Source of the DNA: Chiloscyllium plagiosum
Lineage: Eukaryota
Direction: 5' to 3'
DNA: 64,000 nucleotides
Assembly (NCBI RefSeq): GCF_004010195.1
Contig: NC_057723.1
Span: 15,894,355 to 15,958,354 of the forward strand
Part shown: positions 53,296 to 64,000 of the stretch, one piece after another
Position numbering within the stretch: position 1 is the first letter of the stretch
Layout of the letters: the number at the start of each line of letters is the position of its first letter
Position numbers and translations under genes: made by a program
Notes under the pieces: model-generated
Seen by the model: the letters and a program-made list of their open reading frames with translations, nothing else
Told to the model about the DNA's origin: nothing
Database searches by the model: none

Positions 53296-54600
53296 CGTCA
53301 GCACTCTTAGTGCTGACTCTGATGAGGCTGCACCAGAGTCAAGGACTTTCTATGTATAAATAAGGGTGACTCAGTGACAGGCTATGGGTCACGATGTAAG
53401 TAAAGCACGTTCCTGAAGAAACTCACTCCGAACAGTTTGCTTTGAATTTTTCTGACAGCTTATGGACGCATGGATTTTTCTGTTCTTAGAACCAACTTTG
53501 TCTGAGGCACCAAACACTGAAACCTTTCAAGGTTTGACAGATTTGGTTAAGGAATATTACAACTCCAAGCCTACTTTAATTCTGACATGGAATCATTCTG
53601 ACTATGCAATTGGAGAACCAAGGAAATCCATGTCGGGATTTTTGACTCGATCAAGACGACCGGCAGAGGCAGATGCCTTTGGTTTAGCCCGTAACATGAT
53701 GCTTAGATCTAGGCCAGCTGGTATGTGATATTAATGATGCAACTGTGCAAAACCATTTACTCGCTGAAGCTCAACTGGACTTAAAACAGGCACGACAACT
53801 GGCTTTATCATTTGAAAATGCGGCAAGTGGAGCCTATGAGTGACAGAGTATTCTGATAGAAGTGGACACCCTCACCTGTCCAACTGAGCTTGGGGAACAT
53901 CGCTTGAGTGAAGTTAATTGCACAGCTTCATGACATATCCTGATTAGAGGGACTCTACAACGGCACACAGTAAAACACCAAAACAAAGCCATGCCTCAGC
54001 CAAATGGTTAAAAGTTTCTTCAGAATCCGAGCAGACAAACCATTGTAGTTGCTACCAGTATGTGGATTTGAGACCGCAGATGAGTCCTACTGGACCTAAA
54101 CTGAGTAAGGCAACTCATAAGCCAGTATCCAGCAGAGTGTATGCCCGGAAAATCCACCTACATTTGGGTTGGAACAGTTAAATTGCTTAGCAACATCCAA
54201 ATCAGAACTAATCAAGATAAACATCCCGTTAAGAGGCTATCTGATCAATTAGCGATTGACATTGGTCCTGCTGTATCAATGATTGCAGAACAAGTTTTAT
54301 TAAACAGAAGACTCTGAACTCCAGTCTTAAATTTGTGCAAGACTTCTGCATGGCTGAGTACTTTACCATGGAACCTTTGCAAATTAACGGTCAAGCTTGG
54401 TCTCATGAGAGGTTCCGTTAGCAGCGGTTGTAGTGGAAGGCTTCAGTCCAAGCTTGATGGAGTGAAATTGGTAGCAAGAGGTTCACCTATATTGGCTCAA
54501 TGTTTTTCAATTAGAAAATGGCTGCATGCGTGAGGTCTTAATTAAATATCTGCAAGTTTTCTAGGAAAGTCTAGGGACTATCAGAGGAGCCAAAGTAACT
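53296..54600 (+). mobile_element. Decayed Gypsy LTR retrotransposon: LTR 3' part, gag, protease
   Basis: LVKEYYNSKP..FLTRSRRPAE..FG..MLR, DINDATVQNHLLAE; IDIGPAVSMI (DTG-like) at ~54255. Confidence 0.8.
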
Positions 54601-55655
54601 GCACATCTGTTGGCTTTGAATGTTGCTGTTCCTTCACAAATGATGGTTTGCTAGAGTTTCCTGTTCTTGGCGTTGGTTTTCCAATTGTTGATGTTGATAT
54701 TATATTTCCTCATGTTGGCTTTTAAAATATCTTTGAATTTATTTTGTTGTTTACCTCTTTTACGTTTGCCTTCTTTAAGCTGGAAGTAGAAGATTTGTTT
54801 TGGCAGATGTTCGTTTCACATCCAAACAACATGGTCACGCCATCTTAGTTGGTTCTTTATGACATAGCCTTCAATGCTTGATACTTTTGCTTTATTTAAC
54901 ATTCTGACGTTGATGCATCCATCTTCCCAGCTGATATTCAATATGTTTTGAAGGCAGCGTTGATGGAGCTTTTCAAGTGCTTTCAGATGTTCGGATGTTG
55001 TAAAAGTTTCTAATGCACACAGGAGTGTTGGGATTACCATTGCCCCTAACATTTTGGTGTCTGTCCAGATGTCATGATCATGAAAGACTGTTGTTTGGAG
55101 ACCTCTAATATATGTTCTAGGGCATTTAAGATGATGTTGGATCTTGTCATTAAGGTTGACATTGGAGGATAGGTGACTTCCAAGATATGGAAAGTGGTCC
55201 ATGTTTTCCAAGGTTGTTTTGCCAAGTTGAATTGATGATTGTATCTGATTTGTCTCAGTTGGTGATGGTTGATAGATGATCTGAGTTCTGGTGGTAAGCC
55301 CAAATTTTGTTTATGCACAGTTGAAGGCAGTCAGAATCTATTGCAGCTGTTTTTTGAGACACTGTTGTCAATTAACTCATAGATGTCTTGTTTTTGGATT
55401 TAAGACGGGCAAGATTGAAAAGTCTGCCCTCTGTTCTGTAGAAAATTTTGATTCTGGGGATAGGTTGTCCTTGATGATAGAGATGATTGTCGCAGTAAAG
55501 ATGGTGAACAAAGTTGGGGCAATCACACATCCCTGTTTTACTCCTGATTTGACTTGAAAAGGCTCACAGTTACTGTTGCTGACCATAACTGTGGCAAGCA
55601 TGTCATTATGGAGGAGTCTCAGGATTCAAATGTACTTTTCAGGGCATCCATAGGT
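54601..55655 (-). mobile_element. Decayed RTE-clade LINE RT fragment
   Basis: VKSGVKQGCVIAPTLFTIF, HFPYLGSHLS, LHQRCLQNILNISWED, QLRWRDHVVWM. Confidence 0.85.
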
Positions 55656-55836
55656 NNNNNNNNNNNNNNNNNNNNNNNNNNNNNNNNNNNNNNNNNNNNN
55701 NNNNNNNNNNNNNNNNNNNNNNNNNNNNNNNNNNNNNNNNNNNNNNNNNNNNNNNNNNNNNNNNNNNNNNNNNNNNNNNNNNNNNNNNNNNNNNNNNNNN
55801 NNNNNNNNNNNNNNNNNNNNNNNNNNNNNNNNNNNN
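55656..55836. other. Assembly gap (181 N)
   Basis: Run of N. Confidence 1.
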
Positions 55837-56010
55837 CTCTAGCTTATCTCTCCATGCTTCAGGCTCTCTGCCTTTATTCCTGATGAAGGGCTTTTGCCCA
55901 AAACGTCGATTTTGCTGCTCGTCGGATGCTGCCTGAATTGCTGTGCTCTTCCAGCACCACTGATCCAGAATCTGGTTTCCAGCATCTGCAGTTATTGTTT
56001 TTACCTCGTT
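55837..56010 (+). mobile_element. Young PLE pLTR (right arm) with HHR and 3' tail
   Basis: ttcCTGATGAagggcttttgcccaaaacgtcga..; tail atctggtttccagcatctgcagttattgtttttacctc, followed by TSD gataacctcattat. Confidence 0.9.
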
Positions 56011-59000
56011 GATGATAACCTCATTATGTCTACATGCCAGCCCTGTCGCGCTATGCTCATGATATTGTGTGCTCACCACTACAGGAAATACTCACCAATG
56101 TCGGCTCCTTGCAGGATCTTTGGACTAAGAAATGGGAAAAGAGAATGCTTTAAAGCAAGGGCTTGCAGAAGAAGGTGTTGCAATTTTTTTACAAAAAATA
56201 TGAGTTACCAGAACTCATTGTGTCATATGTATCCATAAGACTGTCTTCTGTAAGCAGGTGTGTGTGTGTAATACTTTTTAAAGGACTAGAGTTTAAGTTA
56301 TAGAGAGTTCACAATTTGTGTTTTTTCCCGTCCATTGGTCACAAATAATGTGTATGCAATAAATAGCTGTTTCCTTGCTAAGTATAGAAACTAAGCAGCC
56401 AACTGACCAGATCCAAGGCCTTTTTTGCAGGTGTGACATTGACATAGCATGATCCTGTACAGCCAGTTGTCTGCCATATGTCCATCTCCTTGACTGATCA
56501 CTGCTGGTGACCATGACAGCTGTCTGACTTTGTTTCTGAGCTGAAAGGCAAGGCTGTACTAAAATATTGCATGCCTCTAAGTTCCGACTGATATAGCAAT
56601 GCATAAGATGTCAAGGCAGGCAAGGCATAGATGCTGTGAACATTCAAGTGTAAAGTGAGCAAAATGCGTGCTTAGAAAGCCAGCCTTGGATTGCCCGTTC
56701 GTCTGATCCTTGTCTGTCCCTTCACACAAAATATCCAGACAGCGGCATTACAGTGAAAGGTCAGTCAGCTCTAATATGTACCATTGAAGTGGTGAACTGC
56801 ATTATAAGTGTGTCAGAGATATTCTTGATGATTTAGTGAACTGGTACAGGTTTGATGCCAATCTCCTTGGATGAAGAATCCATTCAGTCATTGCCCATGC
56901 AGCAATCCCTAAGATGTTGGAGGATATTGGCCAAAACAGAGACCTAGAGGTGGAACTGTCAGGTACTGGCTCAGACTTTCATATTAGGAGTTGACAGCAT
57001 CTAGTTTCTCTCTATTGCCTGGGAAAGTAGTGAAATGCATATAAATCCAGTACTGAGTAATGAAGAGGTCTTAATGCATGCAAATATGCCTCTCACAGCT
57101 CACTAGTGAGATTCTCATCTCACTGTTAAAACCTTAGATGGAAACATCAATTTTTTTCCCTTGACATTACCAATCTCATTTTTCAAATCTTGGCATTTTT
57201 CCCAATGGTGTCAGCATTGTCCGTGTTGCTGAGGGACTAGGAATGTTCAATCCTTATTTACACTTCACAAAAACTGTTTGAAGTGGTCTCATTACAAATA
57301 TCAGAAGGAATGATTCAACCCTTTTCATCTCAATCTTACATTCAAACCTCATTAAGTATAACCCCCACCTCTTGCCAAAGCTGTAAACAGTTTTTCAGCC
57401 TTCTTCTTATTGGCACCTGAGCAGCTTCAGAGAGAACACAGGGATTTTTCATACATTATGCTTTCAGCAGTTTTCTAACCAATCATCTAACGAGCATAGA
57501 GCTTCCGGGTGCTGGGTTGTTGGGGCCTGCAGCAGGGAATGGGAAGCGTGTAAGCTCCTGAGTGGGTGGAGGGGGATAAGGAGAAAAGTATCAGAAGCAG
57601 GTGAAGAGGGGGTGCTGCTTCCAGAGGAGGAGAAGAGGGAATGATAGAAGTTGGGAAGTACAGCAGAGAAAGGGGAGGATGGGTCCAGAATGGTGGGGGG
57701 CAGGGGGTGGGGTGCAGGAGGTCCCAGGGAAGCAGAGGTGGATTGGTTTTGGATGTGGGGAAGTGCAGATAGGAGAAGGAGGGGCAGATCCTGAGTGAGG
57801 GAACGTGGGTGTCAAGTCCATTGCAGAGCAAAAAAGTGTCAGGTTCCTGGAGGAAAGGAAGGCATCAGTTCAATATCTGTAAGTGGTCTGGGAGAAGTAC
57901 AAGTGGAGTTAAGTAGGGAGTCAATTGAATAATTGTAACATATTTCTGAGATTTGGCAACCATTGACTCCATCCAAGACTGTACCTGCAGTCACCCTGTA
58001 CCTCACGGTGATTGAAAATCCAGCCCAAACTCTTTAACCCAGGCCAGGGATGAAGGTCTGGAAAAACAAAATTTTTCAAAATTCCCTTAATTAAAAAAAA
58101 ATCAGTTTGGCTCAGTTGGTTGCACTCCGCACTTCTGGGGGGAAGTGGTGGTTGTAACGTATTACCACGGAAATTCAACTAATTCATGTGATGTTGTATA
58201 TTCGAAGTCTATGGGAAGCTGACAAAGCTAATATTGGTTGTTGATGCTGAAAACCATTTTCTTTTGAAATGCAGAGCTGCTGATTGTTGCAAGCTAATTT
58301 ATTGAAGAAAAATAGTTTAAGAGACATGTTTGGTTTCAAAGCAGGAATTAGCCCTATGGTTTAAAGTAAGAATTAACATTGTAGCATCAAGTGGATTTTA
58401 ATATCACAGTTACGAACGTCACTGAAACCTCCATCCCCACTCTTAGAAAGAAAAAAAAGATAAAGACCATTAAGAAAATTGACACAGTATGCAGTCAAGC
58501 AATTTATTTGCTAAACTAATAATCAACAAGTGCTGGCCATTTACTGGGTGATTTTATATATACCGTATTTCTGACTGGTGTTCCTATCAAACCTAATAAA
58601 CCCATTCAAGTTTAATTTGAGCTTTGAGTGTTGTCTGATTATTTTTCATAATTCTTGTACCTGAACCATAGAATAACCTGTCATGGATAAAATGTTATAT
58701 TTTACAGAAAAACAAACCAGCAAACCGTTCTCTAATTAGCATGAAGTTACATTGATTGCTAATTTACTGCAACCAACCTGTTTAATAAAGACTGTTCCAA
58801 GTCTTTACTAAAATAGAGAATAAACATTTCACATGAAAATACCAGACATTTTTCCACGAATATTCAGTGAAAAGCCTTATGCTGTTTTTCTATATTAAAA
58901 ATCCATATAAATGCAATCATTATAATATTTTAAAGATCCAACTTCAGGACACCTCTCCATCCTTTATTTACACCTTAGTATAAAATCTGTATGCATCACA

Positions 59001-59129
59001 CATTCAAATTTAACCAGTTGAAATTGTAAACAACATATGATAAGAGCTAAAAATATTTTTGGGAAGCCAATACTAAACCTAAGAGTGCAACAATTGTACT
59101 AATATAGTCAACAAATTATTCTGTAAAGA

Positions 59130-59345
59130 AAAATAAAACTTGCATTTATTGAAACCTCTTTAATTGCCGTACGGTGTCCCAAAGTACTTTGCAATTGATA
59201 AAGTATTGTTTGAAATGTCGTTAATTTTGCAATGTGGAATACGTGGCAGCTAATTTGTGCACAGCAAAATCTCACAGACAACAGTGGCCAGTTAACCTTA
59301 TATTATGAAGCTGGATGAAGGATAATGTTGACAAGGACAATGTAA
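59130..59345 (-). mobile_element. Deu-domain SINE 3' half
   Basis: cttgcatttat..gtcccaaagtacttt..gtggcagctaatttgtgcacagcaa. Confidence 0.55.
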
Positions 59346-60196
59346 CATATGACACATGTTCTTGTTACAAGAATAATTAAATCTAGTTTCTACAATTTAC
59401 ATTAAAAGAAGGGACAGATATGTTGAACATTTTTGTATGCTATTCAGTGATATGCATATATTTTACAGCTATGTCTAATTTTCTATGCCACTCTGTCCAC
59501 AAACATTTCCAGTCAACAGTTATAACAGCAATATATTTTAATGATTTCCTCGGGGCTTGTTGAAATCTCAATCTTGGTGACAAATTAACATTTCAAAGAG
59601 AAATACATTTTAAAATTTGCTGTTCAAATGAGAACAGAACGGAAGATTTCTCTGGAGCTGGCCATATGCTGATTTGAGGATATTAATATTATTGCAGGAT
59701 TTGCAAAGCTAAAGATTCAGGGAACTAAAGGTCTAACTTGGATAGTTGTATTTAGCGTGGGACATTTTTGAAGAAAGGATGAAATCCAGGAAAAAATACT
59801 TTTTTGATCCCGGTATTAAAAATCATTTTAAAACTCAAATGGAGGTCAAATTAGGTCAGGGTTCAGAATTTTTTGTAAAGCTAAATATCAAAGACATCAT
59901 TTCTGACTATCAAAGATATTTCCACTTCAATTGAAAGGAAAATGTGGGTTCAGTGTTTTGCAGGGTGGGAAAAGGAGAAGATTGTTCCAGGGAAATATAG
60001 AGCCAGAGCTGGGGTCAATTGCCAATCTATTATACCTCACTTTACACCCCTGGTAAGGTGAATTTCACCCTTATTATCTTGAACAGTTCTGGTGTGATTG
60101 GTTTAATTAAATGTAAAAGTAACTGCAGGACTGGCTTTTGCAAATTGTGACCACAATCTGATTTCATGCTTTTCAGCTTCAAAAGCTCAAAACACT

Positions 60197-60455
60197 AGGA
60201 CTGCAGATGCTCGAGATTAGAGTTGAAGAGTGTGCTGCTGGAAAAGCACAACAAGTCAGGCAGCTTCTGAGGAGCAGGATCGACATAGAACCCTTGAACT
60301 GGTTTTCCTCTTTCAATTAAAATTAAACAATTGGCAATATTACACTTCCTCATTCCTGATGAAGGGCTCATAATAGAAACTTCGACTCTCCTGCTTTTCA
60401 GATGCTGCTTGACCGGCTGTGCTTTTTCAGCACCCCACACTTTGACTTTGATCTT
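60197..60455. mobile_element. Inverted PLE pLTR pair with a templated spacer
   Basis: Arms as in 43797-44009; spacer 60284-60356 resembles 60644-60716. Confidence 0.8.
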
Positions 60456-60459
60456 TAAT

Positions 60460-61320
60460 TTGCACAACAGTTGCAAGAAAATGATCAGCTGGTTTTATTA
60501 ATGATCAATTCCCTAAATTGCTTACTTTATGAGAACATTCATTAGAGATATGCATAATTCATGAAGAGAGAAAAAAATGAAAAAAAGACTCTATGAAATA
60601 GTGCAATTCCACCTTCCATGATCACTAGTACAGAAAGTTCCGCCATAGAACCTTTGAGCAGTGCTCCTCTTTCAATAAAAATAAACCATTGGACAATATT
60701 CCACTTCATCATTACCATTCCATTAATAAAGTGTCAAACTGAATGCCTTTAAAGTGTACAATTTCCTGAGAATACAATTTAGCTCACAGTCCTATTAGAA
60801 ACAGATGCTGAACAAGGCTGTTCCTCTTTACATTTAAAGAGAGGTTTCACTTATTGTTGAAATGTATATTTTAAAACAATTGCTCCATACTGATTCCTTT
60901 TCAGTCGGTATGTTTTTCACCTCAGGGTATGATACTTTATAAAGTGGCAGAGTAACTGTTTCTGGATTATGGACGTGCTATGATTTTCTTTAGAATATAA
61001 CAAATCATACACTTTATCCTGTAGATGTGTCTTGATACCAATAATTTTGAACTTGCTACAAAAACAATGGGAATGAACACATTTTTGCTTAGTTTAATTG
61101 ATGCATATGTTTCTGTTAAATCCTCTGTTTAGATTAATACTATCAGGAGAATTTGGAACTGTCTGTGGACCGAAGCATTATGTTCTTCCTGGAACAATTC
61201 TCTTGATGATTCTTTAATCAGTTCACATAAAAATCTTGCATGGTTCAGCTGCTTAAGTGATCTTGTAAACAAAGACTTGAAATCAAAATCATTTCATTTC
61301 TGTCATTAACATCAAAATTG
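60460..61320 (-). mobile_element. Ancient PLE-type reverse transcriptase fossil
   Basis: Collinear relics DFDFKSLFT (61290-61264), KGISM/SNC (60900-60876), NFL, MNYAYL (60562-60545), NQLIIF (~60494-60477); many stops. Confidence 0.5.
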
Positions 61321-61734
61321 ATCAGGTACGATAATACTGCTAAAAAATATAAATTAAAAGTTTCAGACAAATATTTTTCTTCTTTGATTTGTTGAGAGAA
61401 TTGTAGAATTCAGTAGCACTTGTACTTTCAACTAGGAGTGCTGTTGCACAATGTGTTCCATGACATGCGTGTAGTTTTGGGGTGACCTTCACTGGATGCC
61501 AGTTTGCTGAGGGCACTTGCACAGTTCTTAGGAATGTCAACTGAAAGTGCCAGTGGCTCCTGATTTTAGTCAGCATGCAGTGCTGGTTTGACATCAGCAC
61601 TGCCAATTTTGACCAGAATTCTCCAATTAAAGTTCTCTCAAACCTGCACAATCGAACATGTATTCAGGAGCAGAAGTAACTCTCCATCATCCAGTGGCAC
61701 CCACAATTTTGAGATTTTAGATTTAAAAAAAAAT

Positions 61735-62065
61735 TGTTTGCAGGCTGTGGACATTGCTGCATAGGCCAACATTTATTCTCCACCGCAACATAAACCACAT
61801 TGCTGTGGGTGTGGAGTCACATGTGGGCCAGACCAGATAAGGATGACAGTGTTCTTCTCTAAGGAGCACCAGTGAACCAGATGTGATTTTCCAACAATCA
61901 ATAGAACTTCACAGTCATTATTAGATTCTCAATTCCATTTTACGGCAAGTCAATTAATATTACATTATCTGCCATGGTGGGATTTGAACCCAGGTTCCCA
62001 GAACATTACTTGAATTTGTGGACTAACGGCCCAGGAATAATAGCACCAAGACCATTACCTCCCCA
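61735..62065. mobile_element. Old SINE/LINE-tail composite repeat
   Basis: Reverse B-box gggatttgaacccagg at ~61979; left end resembles the reversed old LINE tail. Confidence 0.45.
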
Positions 62066-63619
62066 AGCTGTGGTGATGCCAAAACAATGTCCATCTGAAA
62101 ATATGAGCTGAGATATAGGCTGTTCCAAACAAAATGCAGTTTTAAATTTTAGTCAGTTTACTATCAGACCACACAATGGGCAGGTGTGGTCCTCCCTTGA
62201 AAGAAAAAGTCTGGAGGCTTTCAGAATTCACATGGATTCACCAAAATGAGGCCTTAGATGTGAAGTAAAAATTACAAAGGAAGATTTGAGATATTGGAAA
62301 TATCTTGATTGGATCAGCAATGGCAAAGAATAGATTCAGTAAAAAGGATTTCAGTGAAAGTTAATAAGGGTGGCCAATTTACACAGGTAGCAAAGTCGGT
62401 GATGAAGGAATAATTAATTTTAAAATATCACACAAAAGAATGTGAAGGAATGTTAGTAGAAAGGTTTCAGAGGTTAATGGAGCACACAATTCTTTGCTGA
62501 TATAGGGATCATTCCATCTTTTAAGGGAAACTTGGGATAATTACTTAAAGATGAGGAAGATTGAATGTAATGGCATGATAGTTGTATTAGATTGGGTAAC
62601 ACTAGAAAACAGCTGACTCAAATATGTATTCTTGTGGCTCTTTCTTTTTCTTGCTTGGATGTTTTCTCCTCCTCTCCTGCTGGCATTGATTTTATCATTG
62701 TTTCTATTCTCTGAACATGGATCCCCTTTAATACCTTGACCAAGCTGACATTCTTTGTAAGTCTGAACACAAGACATCAGCAGCTATTTGTCTGTTGAAG
62801 ACTCACAGTTAACTCCGATCCCATCCTCACCCAATGTCCACATTCATGCACTCTTTGACAGAATTCACTGTATAACGACGAATTTAGAATGAGTTATGAT
62901 TTTAATTTTCCTTCTACACTCCAGAGTACAACCCAAAGGTCAATTCCAGTGACCTTGGCCACACATAATGAGATTGGTTAAACCAGAGAGTCAGCCTTAT
63001 TAGACTAGAAGAATCAGTCCCATGTCCAAGTCCGCATCTAACAACTGAGTCAACTAGATAGCCTTTACAGAGCATGACCATCAACAGAGGCACCAACATT
63101 TGAAGTTTAATGAATCAGGTCTGAGCCCCTGCAGCATTAGGCACAAGACTTCACATACTGTGCACTGAGCGAGAGAAAGATTGCCAAGGTAAGTGAGCTT
63201 TACTGAACTTGTCGAGATGTTTAATTTCAGCCACAGCTTCCAATCATTTCACAAATCTATCAAAAGGAAGAGCTTAATGTATCGGAATCCTTAATGTATT
63301 TCTGCATTACTGGACTTGATGAAGGAGCTGAATACAAATCAGGCCAGTCATTAAAATGTATTGCTTTATTCCAGAGTATATTTCAATCTCTAATGGTCCT
63401 AATGTAGCTACTTATGTTGAATAATGATGAAGCTCAGCTCACACTTTATCTGTCATTGCTAAGGATTTGCTGTCATTTAAGAACAGTATTATTCTATAAT
63501 GGGAGAAGGTTTCTGTAGTGTCTCTGTGTCACAATTCTAAACACAATGAAAGTATATTTAAGGACATTTGATATGATTTTGGTGTACAGTAAACATAGAA
63601 ACTCTTTCAGCTGTGATGT

Positions 63620-63965
63620 GTCTTTCATAAGGGAAATCCACAGTTTCAAAATAACCAGGCTGCCATTTGAGATGAAGATGAGGAGAAATTTCTTACCACC
63701 AAGGGTGTTCAGAATTCTCTTCCCCAGTGAGTAGTGGAACTCGAATCATTGAATATATTCAAGGCTGATTAGACAGATGGTCAAGCGTTTGAAAGGTTAT
63801 GGGGAATGTGTGTGTGAGCATGTGCTTGTGAGTTTGAGTGTGAGTATGCAGAGTGGTGGAGAGAAGCAAGGAATGTACAAGCAAGGAAGTTGAGTTAGGT
63901 TATGATCAGATCAGCCATGATCTAGGTGAATGAAACAATGAGCTTTCGGGATAGAATGGTCTACT
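63620..63965 (+). mobile_element. Decayed CR1 3' end
   Basis: HSFKITRLPFEMKMRRNFL; gatcagatcagccatgatct 3' UTR. Confidence 0.7.
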
Positions 63966-64000
63966 CCCACACCTATCATTTCACTTGTACATAAATATAT

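Noticed and set aside
57540-57830. G-rich purine tract with several ORFs
   Set aside because: Low-complexity strand bias (also at ~29600-29870); ORFs are compositional
62924-63194. Acceptor-like tract and strong AAG|GTAAGT donor
   Set aside because: Stops in all frames; cannot be supported without RNA data

Overview
Eukaryotic, AT-rich, repeat-dominated vertebrate DNA with two assembly gaps (46533-47032, 55656-55836). The repeat repertoire (HE1-like tRNA SINEs, Deu-domain SINEs, many CR1 LINE 3' ends, Penelope-like elements, Tx1/L1- and RTE-type LINEs) points to an elasmobranch (shark) genome. I recognise no intact host protein-coding exon, so the window looks intergenic or intronic; nearly all listed ORFs are decayed retroelement pieces or noise. 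The main non-routine signals are: (1) about 17 Penelope-like element (PLE) pLTR pieces from at least 4 families carrying minimal hammerhead ribozyme (HHR) motifs, with inversion/truncation points clustering at the ribozyme; (2) a TSD-flanked pair of young inverted pLTRs enclosing about 2.5 kb of much older Gypsy+RTE DNA (possible PLE-mediated capture; a gap lies inside); (3) short templated copies of nearby DNA and fold-back hairpins at insertion junctions; (4) a frameshifted F-box remnant just upstream of a heavily decayed CGGBP-type hAT transposase; (5) a fossil RT resembling a different, older PLE clade. All family assignments are by-eye motif recognition, not database hits, and most boundaries without a TSD are approximate.
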